From Sinorhizobium meliloti (lineage in GTDB: Bacteria > Pseudomonadota > Alphaproteobacteria > Rhizobiales > Rhizobiaceae), in assembly GCF_017876815.1 (NCBI RefSeq), contig NZ_JAGIOS010000001.1:2010001-2042000 (forward strand): a stretch of DNA of 32,000 bases. The letters are read 5' to 3'. This document shows positions 22,222 through 30,289 of this stretch, piece by piece; the stretch's first letter is position 1; each line of letters opens with the position of its first letter. The notes under the pieces are model-generated. The model made no database searches and had not been told where the DNA came from. It saw only the letters and a program-made list of their open reading frames with translations. The position numbers and the translations under genes are program-made.

Positions 22222-23906
22222 CCGGCTGGAACTTCGCCTGCCCGGATTGGGAGCAACGGCTCCTTGCCGGTAAATCGCTGATCCCGGATTTGCCGCTGGA
22301 CGAGGCCGAGGCGGCCCGCGCCGTCGATATCTTCAATAAGCTCCGCTTGCCCGATGTGCCCGGCCAGCCGCTCCTGCGCGAGGCGGCCGGCGAATGGCAG
22401 CGCGATATCGTCCGCGCCATCTTCGGTTCAATGGTCGGCGACACGCGCATGGTGCAGGAGCTTTTCTGCATGGTGCCGAAAAAGAACAACAAGACGACCG
22501 GCGGCGCCGGGGTCTCGTTGACCGCCTTGCTGATGAATTCCCGGCCGCATGCCGAATTCATCTATGTGGGGCCGACGCATGAGGTCTCCGACCAAGCCTT
22601 TCAGCAGGCGGTCGGGATGATCGAGGCCGACGATTATCTAAGCAAGCGGTTCCATATCGCGCACCATACGAAGACGATTCTGGACCGGCGCAACAAAGCC
22701 CGGCTCAAGGTCAAGACCTTCGACATGAAGGTCGTCACCGGCTCCAAGCCGATTTTCGTGTTGCTGGACGAACTGCACCTTATGTCGTCCATGGCCGCCG
22801 CCGCCCGGATCATCGTCCAGATTCGCAACGGCATGCCGGCGCCGGAATCGGTGCTGGTCATGATCACCACGCAATCGGACGAGCCGCCGGCCGGGGCATT
22901 CAAGACGGAACTCCGATATGCGCGCGGCGTCCGCGACGGCCGGATCAAAGAAAGCCGTATGCTGCCGATCCTCTATGAATTCCCGGAGGAGATGCAGCGC
23001 AGCGGCGCGTGGCGCGATCCGGCGGTCTGGCCGCTGGTCAATCCGAACCTCGGCCGCTCGATCACGCTCGAAAAGCTGAAATCGAGCTATCAGGCGGCAG
23101 TCGAAAAAGGCGACGAGGATCTGCGCCTATGGGCGTCGCAAAGGCTGAACGTCGAAATCGGCGTCGCCCTGCATGACGACCGCTGGCTCGGCGCCGATTA
23201 TTGGGAAAGCGCGGCCGATCCGTCGATCACGCTCGACTCGCTGATCGCCGAGTCCGATGCCATCGTTTTCGGCATCGATGGCGGCGGGCTGGACGATCTA
23301 TTCGGGCTGGCGGCGATCGGCCGTTGCAAGCGCAATCGCAGTGAATGGCGGCTCTGGTCGCATGCCTGGGCGCACAAGGATGTGCTCTCCCGGCGAAAGG
23401 AAATCGCCGACCGGCTGCATGACTTTCAGCGCGACGGCGATCTAACCATTTGCGAGACGCCGACGCAGGATTTCGAGGAAGTCGCCGACATCATCGCCCG
23501 CGTCCGGGATACCGGGCTGTTGCCCGAAAAGGCCGGCGTCGGCCTCGATCCGGTCGGCGTCGCCAACATGGTCGATGCGCTGGCGGTGCGCGGCATCACT
23601 GGCGATCAGGTCGTCGCGATCCCGCAGGGCTACCGCCTTTCGGGCGTCATCCAAGGCACAGAGCGCAAATTGAAGGACGGCACGCTTTGGCACGCTGGCG
23701 CGCCGCTCATGGCGTGGTGCGTCGGCAATGCAAAGGTCGAACAACGTGGGAATGCGGTGCTGATTACCAAGCAAGTCGCGGGCAAGGCGAAAATTGACCC
23801 GCTCGTCGCCGCCTTTGATGCGGCCATGCTGATGAGCAAGAACCCCGAGGCGGTCGGGGCGGGCATGGATAGCTATTTCCTAAGCCTCGCAGGGGCAGCG
23901 GCGTGA
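22200..23906 (+). CDS. terminase large subunit
   Basis: 568 aa. The opening (TGWNFACPDWEQRLLAGKSLIP), the ATPase region (VGPTHEVSDQAF...IFVLLDELH) and the C-terminal nuclease region (FGIDGGGLDDLFG) are typical of phage TerL. The start could alternatively be TTG 22218, overlapping the terS stop. Confidence 0.9.
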   Translation: MGPAVELTGWNFACPDWEQRLLAGKSLIPDLPLDEAEAARAVDIFNKLRLPDVPGQPLLREAAGEWQRDIVRAIFGSMVGDTRMVQELFCMVPKKNNKTTGGAGVSLTALLMNSRPHAEFIYVGPTHEVSDQAFQQAVGMIEADDYLSKRFHIAHHTKTILDRRNKARLKVKTFDMKVVTGSKPIFVLLDELHLMSSMAAAARIIVQIRNGMPAPESVLVMITTQSDEPPAGAFKTELRYARGVRDGRIKESRMLPILYEFPEEMQRSGAWRDPAVWPLVNPNLGRSITLEKLKSSYQAAVEKGDEDLRLWASQRLNVEIGVALHDDRWLGADYWESAADPSITLDSLIAESDAIVFGIDGGGLDDLFGLAAIGRCKRNRSEWRLWSHAWAHKDVLSRRKEIADRLHDFQRDGDLTICETPTQDFEEVADIIARVRDTGLLPEKAGVGLDPVGVANMVDALAVRGITGDQVVAIPQGYRLSGVIQGTERKLKDGTLWHAGAPLMAWCVGNAKVEQRGNAVLITKQVAGKAKIDPLVAAFDAAMLMSKNPEAVGAGMDSYFLSLAGAAA

Positions 23907-25150
23907 GCCTCCTCCGCAAAATGGCGACCTTCTTCCGGCGGCTGTCCTTGCGCACCCCGGACGGCTGGTATCCCGATGGCCAGCGCTCGGACGCGGGCGA
24001 GCCGATCACCGACCAGAACATCCTCGCGATTTCGGCTGTATGGGCCTGCGTCAATCTGCTGGCCGGCACCATCGCATCACTCCCGCTCATGGTCTATCGG
24101 ACCAACAGCCGGGGCGAGCGCACGCTGGCGCGCGATCATCCGTTGTTTCGCATCCTGCATGACAGCCCGAATTACGACCAGACGGCCACCGACTTTTGGG
24201 AATACTCCTCGGCCTCTATCGAGCTTTGGGGCAATTCCTACGCGGCGATCGAAAGGAATGGCGGCGGCCGGGTCGCGGCGCTTACGCCCTTGCGCCCGGA
24301 TAGCGTCAGCGTCCGCCGGCTCGAGAATGGAAATCTGGAATACCGCTGGACCATGGACGGCGAGAACCATGTCGGCAGCGACCGCGCCATTCTTCATATT
24401 CGCGGCTTTGGCGGCGATCCCCTCGGCGGCATGTCCACCTTGCATTTCGGCCGGCATGCTTTCGGCCTTGCCCGCGCGATCGATCGGGCGGCGGCCGGGA
24501 CATTCAGCAACGGCATGATTTCGCAAACGGCGCTGACATTCGAGCGGTGGCTTACCGACGAGCAGCGCAATCTGGCCGAAACCAAGCTCTCGGAGAAATA
24601 CATCGGCGCCAAGAATAGCGGCCGGCCGATCATCCTTGAGGGCGGGACGAAAATCGATGTGCTTTCGATCAAGCCCGAGGACGCGCAGATGCTCGAATCG
24701 CGGGGATTTTCGGTCGAGGAGGTCTGCCGGTTCTTCGGCGTCCCGCCCTTCATGGTCGGGCACACGCAAAAGGTGACCAGCTTCGGCTCCGGGCTTGAGC
24801 AACAGGTTTTGGGCTTCCAGAAATTCACGCTTCGCCGCCGCCTAAAGCGGATCGAGCAGGCTTTGGAAAAGCAGCTGCTTACGCCGGCCGAGCGGGCCGC
24901 CGGGCTCACCATTGAATTCAATCTGGAAGGATTGCTGCGCGGCGATAGCACGGCGCGGGCGGCCTTCTATCAGTCGGTGCTGGCCAACGGCTGGATGACG
25001 ATCAACGAGGTCCGGGAAAAGGAAAACCTGCCTCGCGTCGAGGGCGGCGATGTGCCGCGCATGCAGATGCAGAACGTGCCGATCACCGAGGCGGGCAAGC
25101 AACAGGAGGCATTGCCGGCGCCGGCCGAAAATCAGGAGCCGGAACCATGA
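23903..25150 (+). CDS. portal protein, HK97 family
   Basis: 415 aa with a GTGA overlap to terL. The sequence is portal-like (FWEYSSASIELWGNSYAAIERN..., ...FGVPPFMVGH...) and sits in the canonical position. Confidence 0.9.
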   Translation: MSLLRKMATFFRRLSLRTPDGWYPDGQRSDAGEPITDQNILAISAVWACVNLLAGTIASLPLMVYRTNSRGERTLARDHPLFRILHDSPNYDQTATDFWEYSSASIELWGNSYAAIERNGGGRVAALTPLRPDSVSVRRLENGNLEYRWTMDGENHVGSDRAILHIRGFGGDPLGGMSTLHFGRHAFGLARAIDRAAAGTFSNGMISQTALTFERWLTDEQRNLAETKLSEKYIGAKNSGRPIILEGGTKIDVLSIKPEDAQMLESRGFSVEEVCRFFGVPPFMVGHTQKVTSFGSGLEQQVLGFQKFTLRRRLKRIEQALEKQLLTPAERAAGLTIEFNLEGLLRGDSTARAAFYQSVLANGWMTINEVREKENLPRVEGGDVPRMQMQNVPITEAGKQQEALPAPAENQEPEP

Positions 25151-25842
25151 AAACCAAAGATTTCACCCTCCAAGTCAAGGAACTGACCGAGGACGGCACC
25201 TTCGAAGGCTACGGTTCGATTTTCGGCAATGTGGATGCCTACGGCGAAAAGGTCGTTCCAGGCGCCTTTGTGGAGAGCCTCGCCAAGCACCGCCGCGAGG
25301 GCACCAACGTCCTGATGCTCTGGCAGCACGACCCCGACAATCCTATCGGCGTTTGGGAGGATTTGGCCGAAGATGCCAAGGGCCTTTACGGCAGAGGCCG
25401 GCTGATCCTCGAAATCCAGAAGGCCCGCGAGGTCCGCGCGCTGATGCTGCAAAAGGCAATCGGCGGCCTCTCCATCGGCTATCGCGAAGTCGAGACAGAG
25501 CCGGATGGCAATGTCCGCCTCCTGAAAAAGCTGGAGCTTTACGAGATTTCCCCGGTCGCATTCCCGGCCAATCGCCGGGCGCGGATCGAGGCCGTCAAAT
25601 TCGGAGAATTCGAGGCATTGGCGCGGCGCGGCGAGCGCCTCCAAGAGCTGGCGCGGTGCTTCCGCGACGGCGAGCCGATGCCGGCAAAGGAATTCGAGGA
25701 AATCCTGCGGGATGCAGGCTTCCCGAAAAGCGCAGCCGTACAGATCGCCTCTGTCGGCTACGCCAAGGCCATTCGGAGTGAGTCCGAGGGCAGCAAGGCG
25801 AACGAGCAGGCCGCGTTTCTTCAAGCCCTTTTGCGCGGCTGA
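25147..25842 (+). CDS. prohead (maturation) protease, HK97 family
   Basis: 231 aa with an ATGA overlap to the portal gene. GYGSIFGNVDAYGEKVVPGAF...MLWQHD...GLSIGY is typical of HK97 prohead proteases. Confidence 0.9.
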   Translation: MKTKDFTLQVKELTEDGTFEGYGSIFGNVDAYGEKVVPGAFVESLAKHRREGTNVLMLWQHDPDNPIGVWEDLAEDAKGLYGRGRLILEIQKAREVRALMLQKAIGGLSIGYREVETEPDGNVRLLKKLELYEISPVAFPANRRARIEAVKFGEFEALARRGERLQELARCFRDGEPMPAKEFEEILRDAGFPKSAAVQIASVGYAKAIRSESEGSKANEQAAFLQALLRG

Positions 25843-25872
25843 TTTTTCCCCTCACTGCGAAAGGACTCCGCT

Positions 25873-27078
25873 ATGCCGGACCCTGTAGAAAAGACCGCCG
25901 AGCAGCTGGCTCTGGAGGTCAAAGCCGAATTCGACAAGACCATAAATCAGGTCAAGGAGATTGCCGAAAAGGCACTCGCCGAGGCCGCCAAGGGCGTCGG
26001 CTTGACCGACGATTTGAAGGAAAAGGCCGACGAGTCTCTCCTGAAAATGAACGCCCTGACAGAGCAGGTCGCCGACATCGAGCAAAAGCTCGCGCGCGGC
26101 GGCGGCAACAAAAACACCCCTGAAAAGACCATCGGCGAGCAGTTCGTCGAGGACCAGGGCGTTAAGGACTGGGCGCAGTCCAGTCCGAGCAAGGGCAAGG
26201 CGGACGTTCGCTTTAAGGCGACGATCACCTCCGCGACGACCGACACGGCGGGCGCCGCCGGGGCCGCCGTCGAGACCACCCGCCTGCCGGGCATTCTTGC
26301 CCTACCGCAGCGGCGTTTGACCGTTCGCGGCCTGATTTCGCCGGGTCGCATGGACGGCAATTCGCTGGAATACGTCCGTGAGACGGGATTCACCAATTCG
26401 GCGGCGCCCGTCGCGGAAACAGCGGCCAAGCCGGAGTCGGACCTGAAATTCGATCTGGTCACGACCTCGGCGAAGGTCATTGCCCACTGGATGAAGGCGA
26501 GCCGTCAGATTCTTGACGACTTCTCGCAGCTTCGTTCGATCATCGACCAGCGGCTCCTGTATGGCCTCGCCTATGTCGAGGAAGGCCAGCTGTTGAACGG
26601 TGACGGCACCGGCCAAAACCTGCATGGGATCATCCCGCAGGCCACCGCCTATGCCGCCGCGTTCACGCCCGATGCGCCGACCGCGATCGATACCCTGCGG
26701 CTTGCTCAGTTGCAGGCGGCGCTGGCCGAGTATCCGGCCACCGGCCATGTCATGAACCCGACCGATTGGGCGCGGATCGAGTTGGAAAAGGACACGACCG
26801 GCCGGTACATCATCGGCAATCCACAGGGCATGATCGGGCCGACTCTTTGGGGCCTGCCGGTCGTCGCCACGCAGGCAATCGCGGTTGACAAGTTCCTGAC
26901 CGGCGCATTCCGGCTCGGGGCGCAGCTTTTCGACCGCTGGGACGCCCGCGTCGAGGCTGGGTTCGTCAATGACGACTTCATCAAGAACCTCGTCACGATC
27001 CTCGCCGAGGAACGCTTGGCGCTGGCCGTTTATCGGCCGGAAGCCTTCATCTATGGCGATCTTGGCTATGTAGCCTGA
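25873..27078 (+). CDS. major capsid protein, HK97 fold
   Basis: 401 aa. It has an N-terminal coiled delta-domain-like region and then a typical HK97 MCP core (...LEYVRETGFTNSAAPVAE..., ...GHVMNPTDWARIELEKD...). Confidence 0.9.
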   Translation: MPDPVEKTAEQLALEVKAEFDKTINQVKEIAEKALAEAAKGVGLTDDLKEKADESLLKMNALTEQVADIEQKLARGGGNKNTPEKTIGEQFVEDQGVKDWAQSSPSKGKADVRFKATITSATTDTAGAAGAAVETTRLPGILALPQRRLTVRGLISPGRMDGNSLEYVRETGFTNSAAPVAETAAKPESDLKFDLVTTSAKVIAHWMKASRQILDDFSQLRSIIDQRLLYGLAYVEEGQLLNGDGTGQNLHGIIPQATAYAAAFTPDAPTAIDTLRLAQLQAALAEYPATGHVMNPTDWARIELEKDTTGRYIIGNPQGMIGPTLWGLPVVATQAIAVDKFLTGAFRLGAQLFDRWDARVEAGFVNDDFIKNLVTILAEERLALAVYRPEAFIYGDLGYVA

Positions 27079-27087
27079 TCGATCAGG

Positions 27088-27113
27088 GGGCAGCCTTTCG
27101 GGGCCGCCCTTTT
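27088..27113 (+). terminator. rho-independent terminator/attenuator after the capsid gene
   Basis: GGGCAGCC (27088-27095) pairs with GGCCGCCC (27102-27109) with one mismatch. The loop is 6 nt, and TTTT follows. Confidence 0.55.
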
Positions 27114-27139
27114 CCTTGTCTTGAAAGGGAGCAACCACC

Positions 27140-27352
27140 ATGGCCGAGTTCACCGTGAAGCGGCAGCATCTTGGCGACCGTATGTATTTGCCGGGCGATA
27201 CCCGCCAAGCGGCAGAAAGCGAGGTCGCGCATCTGATCAGGAACGGCGTCCTGCAAAAAGAAAAAGCGCCGAAGCCGGAAAAGGGAAAAGCTGAACCCGG
27301 CGCCCCGGCAAACAAGGCCGAAGGCGCCGCCCCGAAGAATAAGGGTGCATGA
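27140..27352 (+). CDS. small hypothetical head-module protein
   Basis: 70 aa with GGGAG upstream and a Lys/Pro/Ala-rich tail. This is the usual position of a small ORF after the MCP gene. Confidence 0.5.
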   Translation: MAEFTVKRQHLGDRMYLPGDTRQAAESEVAHLIRNGVLQKEKAPKPEKGKAEPGAPANKAEGAAPKNKGA

Positions 27353-27936
27353 GCATGCTCATTCCAAAGCATCGCCCGGTTCGCGTCACCCCGCCGGCCG
27401 GGCCGCCCGTCGGTCTCGCCGATGTCAAGAAAGCCCTCCATGTCGAGCACAACGAGGACGACGGCCGGCTTCAAGATGAAATTGCGGCAGCTGTTGCACA
27501 TTATGAAGGGCCTGATGGCATCCTCGGCGGCGTTATCCTTTCCGAGCAAACATGGCGGCAGGATTTCGATCGGGTCGAGCAGAAATTGCTTCTGCCGCTG
27601 CGCCCGGTCGGCGATATCGTCACCGTGACTTGGAAGGATGAGGACGGCGCGGAGTCGACCATCGGCGACACCAATTATGCGCTCCTAACCGACGCCGCCG
27701 GCCGGTCTTATCTCCGCTTCCACGACTCCTATGAATTGCCGAACTATCTTTATGAGGTCGCGGGAGCGTCGATCGAATTCGCCACCGGCTATGAGACCGT
27801 CCCGGCTGACATCAAGACCGCCGTCATCGTCCGCGTGCAATTGCAATATGACGAGGCCGCATCGAACAACGGCCAGAACCTTGAACGGATAGAGGCAAAC
27901 CTCATCCGCAAATATCGCCGGCCGGGGATCGCCTGA
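27349..27936 (+). CDS. head-tail connector protein (gp6-like)
   Basis: LADVKKALHVEHNEDDGRLQDEIAAAVAHYEG is the conserved opening of gp6-like connector proteins. The start has an ATGA overlap. Confidence 0.75.
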   Translation: MSMLIPKHRPVRVTPPAGPPVGLADVKKALHVEHNEDDGRLQDEIAAAVAHYEGPDGILGGVILSEQTWRQDFDRVEQKLLLPLRPVGDIVTVTWKDEDGAESTIGDTNYALLTDAAGRSYLRFHDSYELPNYLYEVAGASIEFATGYETVPADIKTAVIVRVQLQYDEAASNNGQNLERIEANLIRKYRRPGIA

Positions 27937-28271
27937 TGACTATCGCGGCCGGCGATCTGCGCGAAAAGATCACCGTCGAGCGCGCCAGCTATATCAACAA
28001 TGAATTCAACGAGCCGGTTGAGACGTGGGCGCCCTATATCAGCCGCCGCGCCCGGCGCGAGGATTCCGGGTCGGGCGAGAAAGAGGCGGCCGGGCAAGTC
28101 GGCGCCTTTCTGATGGCGCGTTTTGCGATCCGCCGCGACGCGCTTGTCGATGGCATCAAGCCCACCGATCGCATCTCCTATGACGGCGCGCATTGGAACA
28201 TCAAAGAGATGAAGCAACTCCGCGACAATACGCGCTTCCTCGAAATCACCGCCGTAAAGGATTTGGGTTGA
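27936..28271 (+). CDS. head closure / head-tail adaptor protein
   Basis: 111 aa. GDLREKITVERAS...NEFNEPVETWAPY... is typical of SPP1 gp16 / HK97 gp9-like adaptors. The start overlaps the previous stop. Confidence 0.75.
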   Translation: MTIAAGDLREKITVERASYINNEFNEPVETWAPYISRRARREDSGSGEKEAAGQVGAFLMARFAIRRDALVDGIKPTDRISYDGAHWNIKEMKQLRDNTRFLEITAVKDLG

Positions 28272-28747
28272 TGGCTGGCTTTCGGGTCTCGATCGAAGGG
28301 TTGAAGCAGCTGGACCAAGCCCTGGCCGAATTGCCGAAAGCCACCGGCAAGGCGGTTCTGCGCCGAACGCTGATAAAGGCCGGCGAGCCGCTGGCCGATG
28401 ATATGCGCGCCAAGGCGCCCGACGATCCGCAAACCGGCGGCAACGATCTGCGAAGCTCCATAGGCGTCGGAACAAAGCTGTCCAAGCGGCAGGCGAAACT
28501 GCACCGCAAGGAATTCAAGAACGATAAGGCGAGCGCCGAGGTTTTCGTCGGCGCCGGGCCGGTGCCGCACGCGCATCTGCAAGAATTCGGCACCTCGCGC
28601 CATGGGCCGCAGCCTTTTGCGCGCCCGGCTTGGGATGCCGGCAAAAATCAGGTCCTCGATACCATCAAGGACGAACTCGCCGTCCAGATCACCAAGGCGG
28701 CGCAGCGGCTTGCGCGCAAGGCGGCAAGGCTGGCGGCAAAGGGCTAA
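28271..28747 (+). CDS. HK97 gp10-family tail-completion protein
   Basis: ATG 28271 overlaps the previous stop (TGATG). ...VGAGPVPHAHLQEFGTSRHGPQPFARPAWDA is the gp10-family signature region. Confidence 0.75.
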   Translation: MAGFRVSIEGLKQLDQALAELPKATGKAVLRRTLIKAGEPLADDMRAKAPDDPQTGGNDLRSSIGVGTKLSKRQAKLHRKEFKNDKASAEVFVGAGPVPHAHLQEFGTSRHGPQPFARPAWDAGKNQVLDTIKDELAVQITKAAQRLARKAARLAAKG

Positions 28748-28754
28748 ATCCGAA

Positions 28755-29138
28755 ATGGAAGAAGCGATTACGGCGCTCCTGTCCGGCGTGGCAGGCGGGC
28801 GGCGGTTCTGGACGCGCGCGCCCCAAAAGCAGGCGGACGGCTCGGCCATGCCGCGCCCCTATGTCGTGCTTTTCCGCATCGATGGCGTGCCCTCCTACCA
28901 CTATCAGGGCCGCGACCTGATCTCATCGCGCATTCAGGCGAATTGCTACAGCGACACTTTCACGTCCGCAAAGCAGACGGCCCGCGCCCTGATCGCCGCC
29001 GTAGAGGGCCATAGCGCCGGGATCATTCAGGGAATCTTCATCGAGGACGCCGGCCGCGATGTGACCGCCTCCGACCCCGGCGAGGTCACGCCGCTGTTCG
29101 CGATCGCCGTGGAATTCACGGTCATTCACTCCGCCTAA
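28755..29138 (+). CDS. DUF3168-type tail-completion protein
   Basis: Internal ATG at 28755. MEEAITALLSGVAGGRRFWTRAPQ...PYVVLFRI... is typical of DUF3168 phage proteins at this position. Confidence 0.65.
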   Translation: MEEAITALLSGVAGGRRFWTRAPQKQADGSAMPRPYVVLFRIDGVPSYHYQGRDLISSRIQANCYSDTFTSAKQTARALIAAVEGHSAGIIQGIFIEDAGRDVTASDPGEVTPLFAIAVEFTVIHSA

Positions 29139-29160
29139 CCCACCCCCAAGGAGCGCCGTC

Positions 29161-29592
29161 ATGGTTACTGCCGCTGCAATCGGCTGGTCCACCACCTATG
29201 AGATTTGGGATGCCAGCCTAACCACTCCCGCCTTCGCGTTTGTCGCGGAGGTCAATTCCGTCACGCCCGGCGCCGCCGAGGTCGATCGCATCGACGCCAC
29301 GCATATGCAAAGCCCGAACCGGCGCCGCGAATATATCGCCGGCCTGATCGACAACGGCGAGGCATCTTTCGAGATGAATTTCGTACCCGGCAGCGCAAGT
29401 GACGTGCTGATCAGGGGCCTCCTCGATAGCGGCGCCTCGGTCCAGCACCGCATCACTTTCCCGAATGGCCACCGCGTCACCTATAACGCGGTCATCACCG
29501 GCTACGAGAAAGAAATCCCGGTCGATGACAAGATGACCGCGACCGTGACCGTGGCGGTATCCGGGGCCGAAACTTGGGATGAGGCACCCTGA
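29161..29592 (+). CDS. major tail (tube) protein
   Basis: 143 aa with AAGGAG upstream. Its position and size, and the motif ...EVDRIDATHMQSPNRRREYIAGLIDNGEASFEMNF..., match the TP901-1/GTA-type tail tube family. Confidence 0.8.
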   Translation: MVTAAAIGWSTTYEIWDASLTTPAFAFVAEVNSVTPGAAEVDRIDATHMQSPNRRREYIAGLIDNGEASFEMNFVPGSASDVLIRGLLDSGASVQHRITFPNGHRVTYNAVITGYEKEIPVDDKMTATVTVAVSGAETWDEAP

Positions 29593-29594
29593 TC

Positions 29595-29960
29595 ATGGCA
29601 AATCCACACCGTGGCTCCGTCGCGTTCAACGTCGGCGACCGGGCCTATACCCTATCGTTCTCGATCAACGCGATTTGCGAGCTTGAGGAGCTTCTCGGCC
29701 AGCCGGTCCCGCAGATCGCCGCCACCCTCAACAAGCCCGAGGACATCCGCATGACGACCGTCCGCGCGCTGATCTGGGCGGCGCTGCGCGACTATCATGA
29801 GGAAGTCGATCTGAAAGAGGCGGGCGCCATCGCCAGCGAGGCCGGCATGCCGGCGGTTATGGAGGCGATTGGCCGCGCCTTTCAGCTTGCCTTCCCGGAG
29901 GCGGCGGACAACGCAAACCCTCGGAAAGCCCCGGCGCGGAAACCGGGGCGGGCGGCCTGA
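29595..29960 (+). CDS. tail assembly chaperone (GTA-family protein)
   Basis: MANPHRGSVAFNVGDRAYTLSFSINAICELEELLG is the conserved opening of the GTA/phage chaperone-like family between the tube and tape-measure genes. Confidence 0.7.
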   Translation: MANPHRGSVAFNVGDRAYTLSFSINAICELEELLGQPVPQIAATLNKPEDIRMTTVRALIWAALRDYHEEVDLKEAGAIASEAGMPAVMEAIGRAFQLAFPEAADNANPRKAPARKPGRAA

Positions 29961-29974
29961 ATCCGGTCGATCTG

Positions 29975-30289
29975 TTGCGGACATGGGTCGAAAGCGGTCA
30001 GGACCCCGCGCGGTTCTGGCGGCTTACCGTCCGGGAAATCACCGTCATCCTTGAGGGCTGCGCTAATCGCCTGAAACGCCAGCATAACGAGCGGGCGTGG
30101 CTGGCTTGGCATATCGAGGCGCTCGCCCGCCAGACCCGACTCCCGAAACTGAAAACGCTTCTCCACGGCGCGCCCGCCGGCAAGCGCCGCATGTCGCCCG
30201 AGGAAATCGAGGCGGTGGCGCGCACGTGGCTCGCCTCAAGGCAGAGGAAAAATCATGACATCAGCGGTCATCGGCGCCCTCCGGGTTAA
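29975..30289 (+). CDS. second tail-assembly-chaperone-like protein
   Basis: TTG start in the track. The frame is open from 29801 and is -1 relative to the previous gene. FWRLTVREITVILEGCANRLKRQHNERAWLAWHIEAL is typical of the small conserved ORF preceding tape-measure genes in GTA-like clusters. Confidence 0.55.
   Translation: MRTWVESGQDPARFWRLTVREITVILEGCANRLKRQHNERAWLAWHIEALARQTRLPKLKTLLHGAPAGKRRMSPEEIEAVARTWLASRQRKNHDISGHRRPPG

Noticed and set aside
26302-27549. 415-aa minus-strand ORF (also 25947..26480, 25132..25824, 24077..24802 and 24394..24951)
   Set aside because: These are antisense shadows of the capsid, protease and portal genes. Their composition is dominated by R/G/P/A, whereas the plus-strand genes have clear family matches and translational coupling.
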